NCBI GenBank assembly: GCA_017457625.1
Contig: JAFTHC010000132.1
Span: 1 to 46,561, forward strand
Reading direction: 5' to 3'
Origin: Kiritimatiellia bacterium
GTDB taxonomy: Bacteria; Verrucomicrobiota; Kiritimatiellia; RFP12; UBA3636
Length of the DNA stretch: 46,561 nt
In this document: positions 7,491 through 16,014 of the stretch, piece by piece
Position numbering within the stretch: the stretch's first letter is position 1
How the letters are laid out: the number at the start of each line of letters is the position of its first letter
Position numbers and translations under genes: made by a program
Notes under the pieces: generated by a model
The model's input: only the letters and a program-made list of their open reading frames with translations
Databases searched by the model: none
Told to the model about the DNA's origin: nothing

Positions 7491-7509
7491 CCGGAAAGAA
7501 ACCCCACAA

Positions 7510-7797
7510 ATGACAAACGAGCAATTCAACAAACTCAACGAATTGGCCAAAACCGATCCGGATGCCGCTTGCGCCATCCTCGTTGAAGAGCATATCGACG
7601 AGTTGAAGGCCAAGGACAAGAAAGCCCTGTGGATTTCCCGCAACATCGATAAGGCGAGGATGGCGAAAGCATACCGGGAATACCTCGCAGATTGCCGTGG
7701 TTCCGTTATTTGCTGGTGCTGGAAGAACCGCCCATTCCACCCCAATTCCGCAATGGAGTCGCTGAAGAAACTGGAAGACGAACTCACCGTCTGCTAA
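7510..7797 (+). CDS. hypothetical protein (95 aa), MTNEQFNKLNELA N-terminus
   Basis: ORF track entry. Lower-GC codon usage matches its neighbours. Confidence 0.6.
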   Translation: MTNEQFNKLNELAKTDPDAACAILVEEHIDELKAKDKKALWISRNIDKARMAKAYREYLADCRGSVICWCWKNRPFHPNSAMESLKKLEDELTVC

Positions 7798-8111
7798 CTG
7801 TAGGCTATCCCGTTTGCCACTCTTGGCGGGATGGCGTTGCGCCGCTTGGTTCCAGCCCGCAGAGCTGGTTGGAAAGGAACAAAACCCGCAAGGGCCTTGC
7901 GGTCATGCACCCCTAGCGGAAGACGGACTATTTCCGCTTGTTCGGAGGAGGTTGAAGCCCCGGAGGCATGGGCGGCCTTTCGGCAATCCTTCTCCAAACG
8001 TATTTCGGAACTTGGCCCACCCCGCTTTCGGGGACGGCCAAGTTCAGAATCGACTTTTTGCTCGGCCTTTCGTCTACATTCGTGGTTCCTTGGTCTCCGG
8101 CGAAGCGCGAC

Positions 8112-8183
8112 TCGGTCGATTCGGTCGATTCGGTCGCGCCGTCGACCCGCCGCCTTGCGGGGAAGCCGCCCCGCACCGCGGCC
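8112..8183. repeat. Intergenic repeat: TCGGTCGAT 9-mer x3 (8112-8138) plus GCGGGGAAGCCGCCCCGC hairpin / CCGCACCGCGGCC box
   Basis: Tandem 9-mers read directly. 8157-8183 shares GCGGGGAAGCCGCC with 4798-4811, and its 3' end (8174-8183, in the CCGCACCGCGGCC box) is the reverse complement of GGCCGCGGTG at 4788-4797. Confidence 0.7.
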
Positions 8184-8207
8184 ACGCGCGTCCGCGCGAG
8201 AATCCGG

Positions 8208-8236
8208 TTGAATCGCCCCTCCCCCCGTGGTATACT
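8208..8236 (+). promoter_or_regulatory. sigma70-type promoter
   Basis: TTGAAT (8208-8213), 17 bp, TATACT (8231-8236). Confidence 0.55.
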
Positions 8237-8295
8237 TCCTTCCCGGCCCCGCGCGTCCGCGCGACCTTAATTTCAACCCCTTCTCCTTCCCCGCC

Positions 8296-8949
8296 ATGCC
8301 CGATTCCTCCAATCTCTACGCCGTCGCCCGCATCCTGAATTTCGCGGCTCCGAAGCCAGAGACCGTCCAATACGCCAGGGATGTCCGCGTCCTTTCCGAC
8401 GGCCGCGTCGAGCTCGAATGGACCCGCGCCGCGGACGCGGACGGCCTTCGTCCGGACGAGGCGGCGGCGCTTCTCTCGGGGTGCGAGGAGCGCGAAGAAA
8501 AGGATTACCGGTCCCCCGGATGCGTCGAGTCCGACGAATTCCACCTGCTCGTCCTCGAGGACGCCCGCCGCCTCGCGTCCCGTCCGGATCTTTCGCCGGA
8601 GATCCTCCGCGACGAAACGCGCCGTCTGGCCTTCCCCCGGAACGAGCGCATGCCGGAACTCCTCGAGGCGGCCGGCGGCATGCTTTCCGGACGACTCCCC
8701 ACCGGCGACCACGAACCGATGGAACGGGAGGAGTGGGACACGCTGTTCCGGGAAACGGGCCGTCCGCCGGCCTTCGACGCGGGCGCCCGCATCTGGATCC
8801 GATCCCCGGACGCCGTCGTCGCCCGCTGCTCGAACGGGCGACACCTCTGCTGGGATTCCCGCAGGGGATCCATCCGCTTCGTCGAATCCCCGTATTCGGT
8901 ATTCCGAATCCTCGCCCCGCTTCTCCGCGCCGCCGCCCCCCGCGCCTGA
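8296..8949 (+). CDS. hypothetical protein (217 aa)
   Basis: In frame with ORF 8227..8949. The GTG at 8227 overlaps the spacer/-10 junction of the promoter, so the first ATG downstream of the TSS (8296) was chosen. No motif recognised. Confidence 0.55.
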   Translation: MPDSSNLYAVARILNFAAPKPETVQYARDVRVLSDGRVELEWTRAADADGLRPDEAAALLSGCEEREEKDYRSPGCVESDEFHLLVLEDARRLASRPDLSPEILRDETRRLAFPRNERMPELLEAAGGMLSGRLPTGDHEPMEREEWDTLFRETGRPPAFDAGARIWIRSPDAVVARCSNGRHLCWDSRRGSIRFVESPYSVFRILAPLLRAAAPRA

Positions 8950-8957
8950 AATAGTTC

Positions 8958-8986
8958 TCGACGCCGAAACCGCCCCGTGCTATCCT
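8958..8986 (+). promoter_or_regulatory. sigma70-type promoter for the GIY-YIG gene
   Basis: TCGACG (8958-8963), 17 bp, TATCCT (8981-8986). GGGGAG lies before the ATG at 9022. Confidence 0.4.
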
Positions 8987-9021
8987 CGATGCCGTCTTGA
9001 CGACATCCAGGGGAGCGCGCC

Positions 9022-9942
9022 ATGCCGACCATCAAAACGAACTTTTTGCCTGATCTCGGACTGTGGAAGGTTACGCAGTCCTCGCAGACCTGCGTTGCCT
9101 GGCGATTTGATCACGAGTGTCTCGTCGCAATTCTCGCGAAGGACGAATCTCGCCGGACATTGGAGACCCGCGGTGTCTACATCCTCGCGGATGATGCCAC
9201 GCCGACCCACAGGATCGCCTACGTCGGCGAAGCGGAGAATCTGGCAAAGAGGCTCAAGCAGCACGATGGCGAGGCCTTCTGGACCTTCGGCATCGCAATC
9301 TTCGCAAGCAACGACTTTCTTGAAAAGTCGCACATCAAGTATCTTGAGCATTCGCTTTGGAAATTGATTGGAGAGGCAGGCTCCTACACCCTTGAAAACA
9401 AGGCGGAACCAACGAAACCATTCGTGTCCGATCCGGAGAGTCTGGACGACTTCCTTGGTGCGATCAAACTATTCGCGCTTCCCCTGGGCGTCCCGTATCT
9501 GTTTGTTCAAGCGAAGAGTCCGTCTCCGACCCCAACATCTCGGCTCGCATCCGAACTGTACAGCCCGGCCGGAATCTTCGCTGTGTCCGTCGTCGAACTA
9601 GAACGGCGCGGACAGTTGACCGACAAGGACATCCATTATTTTTCGTCCAGAAAGGCGCAGACAGATATCAAGGCTGGCTATGGGGACTGTCCGGCCCTCA
9701 AGAAGGATTCCCGGCGCGAATCGGACTTCAAGAGGAAAGGGATGTGCCGCTACCAGGACCCCGCGAAAATCGTCCTCGTCCACGGAGGAACCCGATACCG
9801 AATCACGACCGAAGTCCACGACGCTTCGGACGGAAGCACGCCCGTCTTTGACTGGGCAATCGGACGCGGAATGACAAACGAGGACATTCTCGCTCTCTGC
9901 GCAAAGCATGGAATCCGTTCGCGACGCAAGAAAGCTACGTAG
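9022..9942 (+). CDS. GIY-YIG-type nuclease domain protein (R-M-associated type, possibly with a DUF4357-like C-terminus)
   Basis: GVYILADD...RIAYVGEAENLAKRLKQH matches the GIY-(10-11)-YIG pattern with a downstream Arg. It lies immediately upstream of the methyltransferase/McrB-like operon. Confidence 0.55.
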   Translation: MPTIKTNFLPDLGLWKVTQSSQTCVAWRFDHECLVAILAKDESRRTLETRGVYILADDATPTHRIAYVGEAENLAKRLKQHDGEAFWTFGIAIFASNDFLEKSHIKYLEHSLWKLIGEAGSYTLENKAEPTKPFVSDPESLDDFLGAIKLFALPLGVPYLFVQAKSPSPTPTSRLASELYSPAGIFAVSVVELERRGQLTDKDIHYFSSRKAQTDIKAGYGDCPALKKDSRRESDFKRKGMCRYQDPAKIVLVHGGTRYRITTEVHDASDGSTPVFDWAIGRGMTNEDILALCAKHGIRSRRKKAT

Positions 9943-9989
9943 CTACATTTCTTTCGTACGCGACTGTCCGGACTGCCGCGATTCGACCC

Positions 9990-10018
9990 TTGCGGGGGAG
10001 GCGGCCATCTGCTACAAT
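9990..10018 (+). promoter_or_regulatory. sigma70-type promoter driving the structured RNA / methyltransferase leader
   Basis: TTGCGG (9990-9995), 17 bp, TACAAT (10013-10018). Confidence 0.6.
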
Positions 10019-10024
10019 CCGCCG

Positions 10025-10283
10025 CATACCCAACCCCACGGAGACCCACTCCACCCAGAACCCCGCCACATAACAACTTAACCTTTTAGCGAACTGCTAA
10101 ACGACGCCATCTCGGAAACCTACCACGCTTCCTACGTCGTCTTTCTGACAAGGTCTGAAACCGGCCTTGTGTCTGTCCATCAAGCAGGACGCGCCCAACT
10201 GGGCGCGTTCTCGCCATGCGACAGACACGGGCCTGTGGTAGGGCCTCCGAGATGGGCATGGATTGAGGACGTGCCCTTTTTTT
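10025..10283 (+). ncRNA. candidate ~260-nt structured RNA (promoter-to-terminator unit): unstructured CA-rich 5' part plus a three-way-junction domain
   Basis: P1: 10107-10116/10246-10255 (10 bp) and 10119-10126/10235-10242 (8 bp). P2: 10148-10153/10165-10170. P3: 10171-10177/10220-10226 with apical 10189-10196/10201-10208 and loop AACT. It ends in a terminator hairpin plus T7. Confidence 0.5.
10254..10283 (+). terminator. intrinsic terminator
   Basis: GGGCATG (10254-10260), 9-nt loop, CGTGCCC (10270-10276), then TTTTTTT (10277-10283). Confidence 0.6.
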
Positions 10284-10300
10284 GCCTCCTTTCCAGCCTC

Positions 10301-10326
10301 GCTCGCGATGCGTTCGCATCGCGAGC
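10301..10326 (+). promoter_or_regulatory. perfect 12-bp inverted repeat abutting the methyltransferase start codon (operator or translation-blocking hairpin)
   Basis: GCTCGCGATGCG-TT-CGCATCGCGAGC, followed directly by the ATG at 10327. Confidence 0.6.
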
Positions 10327-11343
10327 ATGAAACAAGAAACGGCAAAAGGCGGCAAATCAACGCCGCGAATCAAGGAGTTCCACCTCTTCGCCGGAATCGG
10401 CGGCGGAATCTATGGTGGCGAGCTGCTCGGCAACGAGTGCTGCGCGGGCGTTGAGATCATGCCCTACGCGCAGAAGGTCTTGCGCCAGCGGCAGGCGGAC
10501 GGATGGATGCCGGAGTTTCCGCTCTATCCAGATTTGTGCGCGCTGAAGGGCGAACCGCACAAGGGGACGTTCGATGTCCTTTGTGGTGGTTTCCCCTGCC
10601 AGGCGTTCAGCACCGCCGCGCATGGCAAGAACATCGCCGAGAAGAATCTCTGGGGCGAGATGTTCCGGTTCGCGCAGGAGTCGGACGCCCCGGTCGTCTT
10701 CGGCGAGAACGTTGTCCTTCGGGCCATTGAACAGGCCAAGAAGGACCTTGAAAGTGTCGGCTACCAAGTTGAACGAATCCGTCTGAGTTGTTCGGATTTG
10801 GGTGCAGACCACCAGCGGAACCGATTCTGGCTCATGGCCGTCAAGGACTGGAAGGCCTTTGCGCGAATTGCCGCCCATCTTGCTACCTTGCCAAAGCTGA
10901 CGGGGGATTGTTGGACCAAGAGCCCCGAGGAAACCGGCGAGCGTGTCGCCGTGAAGCCGAACGAACGCCGGCAACAGCTTCTCGGTGTCGGCAACGCGCA
11001 GTCGCCCTTCGTCGCCGCGACCGCTTTCCGAATTCTCGCAAATCGCCACCTCAACCACGTTGACGGGCAAAGCGAAGTTGTTTCGGACGAAGAGCTGGCC
11101 AAGGTGTTCGAGAAGAAGGACACATGGATCCAGACGGCCTTTGATCACATCGGTCTCGTGCACACGCCAACCACGATGGCGAACTATGCTTGCAAGTCAA
11201 TGATGAAGCACCAAGGTTGCCGCAACTTCACGCGCGTCTTCGGTCGTCCCGAACCGGAGAACGCCGAATACCTGATGGGCTTCCCGCTCGGCGCCAGCTC
11301 GCCGAATCCGCTTCCGAAAACGAACATTGAAAGGTGGAGGTAA
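10327..11343 (+). CDS. dcm: DNA (cytosine-5)-methyltransferase
   Basis: Motif I FAGIGGG, motif IV GGFPCQAFS, motif VI ENV, and QRNRFW. The start was set at the ATG at 10327 (MKQETAKGG), downstream of the terminator. Confidence 0.9.
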   Translation: MKQETAKGGKSTPRIKEFHLFAGIGGGIYGGELLGNECCAGVEIMPYAQKVLRQRQADGWMPEFPLYPDLCALKGEPHKGTFDVLCGGFPCQAFSTAAHGKNIAEKNLWGEMFRFAQESDAPVVFGENVVLRAIEQAKKDLESVGYQVERIRLSCSDLGADHQRNRFWLMAVKDWKAFARIAAHLATLPKLTGDCWTKSPEETGERVAVKPNERRQQLLGVGNAQSPFVAATAFRILANRHLNHVDGQSEVVSDEELAKVFEKKDTWIQTAFDHIGLVHTPTTMANYACKSMMKHQGCRNFTRVFGRPEPENAEYLMGFPLGASSPNPLPKTNIERWR

Positions 11344-11345
11344 AA

Positions 11346-13115
11346 ATGCCTGTATCTCTTTCCGACGAGATTGACTCGATTATCAAATCCATCCCACTGG
11401 CTAGTAATAGCAGTGCGAAGTACAAAAAACTTCTGCCAAAGCTATCCGAATTATCGGGAGTTGTTGAGTCCGAAATTCATGTGACTGCCGCAAAGGCTCC
11501 TAGCAATGCTGAAGGACGATTGCGAAATGGGAAACATCAAAATCGACACTACGAGCTGTGCTTTCTTCTTGTTTCCTCTGATCGGATTGATGGCGTTGTC
11601 GGTCAATCCAAGAAGCATATTGATGACAATCTTAACGGCTTCTTTAACACTATCGTTGTTATGACGCCATCTGGAACCAACGGAAGGTGGTTGGTTTCGC
11701 ATGTCGTGACAAACAACGAAACCGGTCCCGTTGTTTCGCAACTGCTGGCGGAGTATCCTCAGGCAACAGTGCATAAGGCCGACAACATCACGCTATCGGT
11801 TCAATCAACACACACTTCCGGAATATTCTCATCCTTTGATTGGCCTCTCCAGCGCATTATCTATGGTGCGCCCGGCACAGGAAAATCCCGTACGATCAAA
11901 GACAAGATTACAGATGAGAGCATAGCGAAGGATTGTGTGTTCCGTACGATATTCCACCCTGATTCGGACTATGCATCGTTCGTAGGATGCTACAAGCCGA
12001 AGGTGGAAAGCATCCCGAAAACTGTTGTCATCGGCAAAAACATAGAATGTGCCAAGAGCACCGATCCAATTGTTTTGAACAAAGGGCTTTTGGAAGAAAA
12101 ACGCATTGTCTATACATTCGTTCCTCAGGTCTTCTTGAAGGCGTATACGAAGGCGTGGGAGGAGTTCTCATCCAACGATCCTAGCCCCGTGTTACTCGTG
12201 ATTGAGGAAATTAACCGTGGCAACTGTGCGCAGATCTTTGGCGATCAGTTCCAGCTGCTTGATCGACATACGGAATCTGGTTTTTCTGAGTATCCGATTG
12301 TTCCGGACGATGATATCCGATGCCATCTAGCCTGGGTTCTGGAAAACGCGGCAAAATCCATTTCAGCGGAAAGAAAAGACGAGATTGATGCGGCTCTTTC
12401 CGATGCGACCGAGGCAATGGTGGACTGGGACGATGTGAGTCTCGGAAATGCGCTCGTCCTTCCGCCGAACCTCTACATCTGGGCGACGATGAACACGAGC
12501 GACCAGTCGCTCTTCCCGATCGACAGCGCGTTCAAGCGGCGGTGGGACTGGAAGTACATGCCGATCCGCGAACCGGACCAGAACGAAGACGGTTCGCCGT
12601 GGACGAAATGGAAGATCGAGATTGATGCGCACCGGTACGACTGGTGGACGTTTCTCGGGAAGATCAACGGGTTGATCGGCGCCATGACGGAGTCCGAAGA
12701 CAAGAAGCTCGGCTACTTCTTCGCGAAGGCGGAGCGCGGCGTCATTTCCGCGGAAACGTTCGTCGGGAAGGTCGTGTTCTATCTCTGGCACGACGTGTTC
12801 AAGGACTACGGATTCGAACGGAACGAGTTCCAGGGCGGCAGCGGCGAGAATAAGGAAATCCTTTTCACCGACTTCTTTGAAGCCGATGGAAATCCTAAGA
12901 AGGAGACGATCATCCGTTTTCTGAAAAACCTCGACGTGCCGGACGAAAGCCTGAATACGACACCGCCTTCGCCGGGTGCCGTTCCGGCCGCCGGTTCGGC
13001 CAATGCGATTCCCGCGCCTGCGCCGATCCAACCGCCGCAGGCTGTCGCAACGGTTCCGGGCGGAGCGACCACGCCTTTGCCCACGACTCCGGCGCCGGTT
13101 CCGGCGGCGCCTTGA
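11346..13115 (+). CDS. McrB-like AAA+ GTPase restriction subunit (LlaJI R1-like)
   Basis: Walker A GAPGTGKS, Walker B LLVIEEINRGN, IWATMNTSDQSL and FKRRWDW. GGTGGAGG lies before the ATG at 11346. The C-terminal tail is Pro/Ala-rich. Confidence 0.85.
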   Translation: MPVSLSDEIDSIIKSIPLASNSSAKYKKLLPKLSELSGVVESEIHVTAAKAPSNAEGRLRNGKHQNRHYELCFLLVSSDRIDGVVGQSKKHIDDNLNGFFNTIVVMTPSGTNGRWLVSHVVTNNETGPVVSQLLAEYPQATVHKADNITLSVQSTHTSGIFSSFDWPLQRIIYGAPGTGKSRTIKDKITDESIAKDCVFRTIFHPDSDYASFVGCYKPKVESIPKTVVIGKNIECAKSTDPIVLNKGLLEEKRIVYTFVPQVFLKAYTKAWEEFSSNDPSPVLLVIEEINRGNCAQIFGDQFQLLDRHTESGFSEYPIVPDDDIRCHLAWVLENAAKSISAERKDEIDAALSDATEAMVDWDDVSLGNALVLPPNLYIWATMNTSDQSLFPIDSAFKRRWDWKYMPIREPDQNEDGSPWTKWKIEIDAHRYDWWTFLGKINGLIGAMTESEDKKLGYFFAKAERGVISAETFVGKVVFYLWHDVFKDYGFERNEFQGGSGENKEILFTDFFEADGNPKKETIIRFLKNLDVPDESLNTTPPSPGAVPAAGSANAIPAPAPIQPPQAVATVPGGATTPLPTTPAPVPAAP

Positions 13116-13139
13116 TCCGGAACGCGCCGGAGCCGAAAC

Positions 13140-15443
13140 GTGAGAATCCTCGTCGAAGGATACCCGTACGAAGAGAAGGTCGTCGAGGACGTCCTTCCGG
13201 AGGCGGCACTCCGCAACACGGACAAAAAGGTCGTGTTCGACTATGTCGGATACTGCTTCAACCCCGCGCTCGACGGCGGTAAGGGAGACTGCGTCTTCTT
13301 CCTTCCGAAGGTCGTCCTGAGCCCGGAAGGGACCGGAGCGGACAAACAGGATCTCGTCTTCGGGAAGCGTCCGGAGGAAATCGTCCGCCTGGACGCGGAC
13401 TGCCCGCTCGACGATCCGAGCCGCCGATTCCTCCATGAATTGGCGGCGTGGATTTACCGAGGGCTCGTCGTCTTCCGGAATCGCAACAAGAACAGTGACG
13501 TCCTCAAGGAACGGACGCTGCCTCGCAAGGGCCTTGCCCGGAAGCGCAGGTTGCTGACGCTTCTCGACGTGATGCTCGCGTTGCGCGACTTCGCGAAGGA
13601 GAACCGCGACTTCGTCCTTTTCCAGGTGAAGAACCTCCACCGTGGAATGAACCGGGTCGACTGGAGGAGAACCGTCGCGACGACGCAGGCGGTTGTGGCG
13701 GACGGAACGCCGGTGTATCTTTCGCCCGTCAACCGGAAGCGGGAAATCGACCTGGACGAGGAACTTCTCGTCATCTTCCAATCGATCCTGGCGCACCTCC
13801 GCGACCGCTACGGATTCGAGACGCACACCGACTTCTCCTTCGAACGGATTCCAAAAGCCAAGTTCGAAGCCTGGTTGAAGGGATACGGCAGGCGCAGGCT
13901 TCTCCAGATCAAGTACCGGTACTTCTCCGACCGGACGCTCGAACTCTGGGATCTCTGCTACGCCTTCTTCGACCACACCGGATCGCACGCGGCCGCCGGC
14001 GCGGGCAGGGAATACCTGCTCGCAAAGGACTTCCAGGTCGTCTTCGAGGCGATCATTGACGAGCTGCTCGGCGACCAAAACCTTCCCGATGCCGCCCGGA
14101 AGCTCAAGGAGCAGCGGGACGGAAAACTCGTCGACCACCTCTGGCTGGACGACAGCCTGATCCAAGGACGTTTCGATCAGGTCTACCACATCGGGGACAG
14201 CAAGTACTACAAGATCGGGGAGTCCGTCGGGACGGAATCGCGCTACAAGCAGTTCACCTACGCCCGGAATGTCGTCCAGTGGAATCTCGGACTGTTCCAC
14301 GGAACGAAAGCGGAGCGCGCGAAACGAGCGGGCGCGGGGGCATATGGCGCTTTCAAGCTGCGGGACGACGACACCGAAGGCTATGACATCATTCCGAACT
14401 TCTTCATCAGCGCCGACCTCGACCGAAGCGACCCGACCCATGCAAAGCCGGGCATCGAACCGATTGGAAATCCGGAAATCAGCCGCCAGTTCGAAAACAG
14501 ACTGTTCGACCGCGACACGCTGATCGTGTCGCGCTACAACGTCAACTTCCTGTATGTCCTTTCGCTGTACGCGCGCAACAGCGCGGCGGCAAAGCGGCAA
14601 TGGAGGGAAACCGCAGTTGGACAGTTCCGCGTCAGGATCCGGACTCTCCTGGACGGACTGTTCGAGTTTTCCGCCATGCGCCCGCGTCCGGGGACGGATC
14701 CGGTCCGCTTCCTGCGGGAGAACTTCCGCTACGTGCTCGGCAAGGTTTTCGCGCCGTGGAAAACCGGCGATACCGTCCCGTTCTATTCGCTGGCGTTGGA
14801 CAGATCACCCGAATTTGACGCCGAGAACAAGATCCTGCGAAAGGAACTGGAACGCGGATTTGAAATCGTTCCCTGTCCCCTTGGCGAAGACCCCGCCGCG
14901 CTGTTTCCTTCCACGGTTGCTGCGCCCGTCACGGCGATTCCGGCCGGCGTCCATGTCCCGCTGTATTGGCTGGAACGCTATCCCGAGGACTACATTCTCG
15001 TCGGCTGCTGTCCGGACAAAAAGCACTTTGACTGGTATTTCCGTCGGCACGAGTGGAAACAGATCGATCTTTACAACGTTCGCCTGGGCAATCGCCCGGG
15101 CGCGGTTTCAGTGCTGGCCCAAAACGCCCTCGCAAAGGCTCCGAAATTCCTCGTTCTTTACGAGGATGCGAATGCGCCCGTCAGCAAAGCCTTCCGAATC
15201 GTGGGACACAGGATCGTTTCCAGAAAAGAATTGGAAGCCTCCGGTTATCCAAAGGATCCGGGAAAGACGTCATTCAACTATCTTTGCTACGAACTGGAAG
15301 AGGAGATTTCGTTCGGTTCTCTTGACATTCCCCGGTTGCTAACCGAACGGCAAGCCGAGAATCCATCCACCTATATGCGCGGCATGCCGCTTTTCCTGAA
15401 GGGATCGGAACTGATCGGATATCGAACGAGTTCTCCCGCTTGA
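13140..15443 (+). CDS. McrC / LlaJI R2-like restriction endonuclease subunit with a ~250-aa C-terminal extension
   Basis: 767-aa ORF directly after the McrB-like gene. YHIGDSKYYK resembles the D-x-K-Y core of McrC-type PD-(D/E)xK nucleases. Operon order is MTase, McrB-like, nuclease. Confidence 0.6.
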   Translation: MRILVEGYPYEEKVVEDVLPEAALRNTDKKVVFDYVGYCFNPALDGGKGDCVFFLPKVVLSPEGTGADKQDLVFGKRPEEIVRLDADCPLDDPSRRFLHELAAWIYRGLVVFRNRNKNSDVLKERTLPRKGLARKRRLLTLLDVMLALRDFAKENRDFVLFQVKNLHRGMNRVDWRRTVATTQAVVADGTPVYLSPVNRKREIDLDEELLVIFQSILAHLRDRYGFETHTDFSFERIPKAKFEAWLKGYGRRRLLQIKYRYFSDRTLELWDLCYAFFDHTGSHAAAGAGREYLLAKDFQVVFEAIIDELLGDQNLPDAARKLKEQRDGKLVDHLWLDDSLIQGRFDQVYHIGDSKYYKIGESVGTESRYKQFTYARNVVQWNLGLFHGTKAERAKRAGAGAYGAFKLRDDDTEGYDIIPNFFISADLDRSDPTHAKPGIEPIGNPEISRQFENRLFDRDTLIVSRYNVNFLYVLSLYARNSAAAKRQWRETAVGQFRVRIRTLLDGLFEFSAMRPRPGTDPVRFLRENFRYVLGKVFAPWKTGDTVPFYSLALDRSPEFDAENKILRKELERGFEIVPCPLGEDPAALFPSTVAAPVTAIPAGVHVPLYWLERYPEDYILVGCCPDKKHFDWYFRRHEWKQIDLYNVRLGNRPGAVSVLAQNALAKAPKFLVLYEDANAPVSKAFRIVGHRIVSRKELEASGYPKDPGKTSFNYLCYELEEEISFGSLDIPRLLTERQAENPSTYMRGMPLFLKGSELIGYRTSSPA

Positions 15444-15680
15444 GAGAACTTTCCGATCCGGACGCACGCGGAAGACGAGGGAGGCGATCCGTTCGCGGAG
15501 CGCGGGCGAAGCGTCCCGTCGGGCGGGGCTGGCGGTCGGTCGAGGCTCGCCTCGGAGCGGTTCCGGGACGTCCCGGCCCTGCCGGCGGATTGGAAGAATG
15601 GAGACCCTGGCGGAAAGGACGGAACGCCGCTCTTCCGCAAGGGCGCGGAACGGACGGCGTACGCGAAGGATTCCGGACTC

Positions 15681-15743
15681 GTGGTCCCTCCGGGGCGCGG
15701 CTGCGCCGCGCCGCCGGACGGCCCGGTCTCGCCGCTCCGCGGC
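15681..15743 (+). repeat. ~60-bp direct repeat, copy A (flanks the vsr segment)
   Basis: GTGGTCCCTCCGGGGCGCGGCTGCGCCGCGCCGCCGGACGGCCCGGTCTCGCCGCTCCGCGGC compared with 16461-16520: 6 mismatches plus a 3-nt indel. Confidence 0.8.
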
Positions 15744-16014
15744 TCGGCGTTGGAACTCCGGGCGGCGGATAAATGACATTTTGTCGATTAGTCGCCCGGA
15801 GAGCTTCTCATTTTCGGGCGGCTAAACGACAATTCGGCGATTGGCCGCCCGATTTTGCTTGCATTTTCCGGCCGGTCCTGCGAAGATACGGCGCCATGAA
15901 AACGATTGATTTCATCGTCGGCGCGGACGAACTCTTCGCGGACGCCTGACTCCACCAAGCCCGCTCCGCGCGGGCGCGGAAAGCCGCGGTCGCGCGGAAG
16001 GGACTTCCGAAAAG

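Noticed and set aside
10086-10373. Minus-strand 95-aa ORF (and 10097..10360) across the structured-RNA region.
   Set aside because: The translations are Arg-rich and low-complexity, with no start context. The region is better explained by a + strand promoter, helices and terminator.
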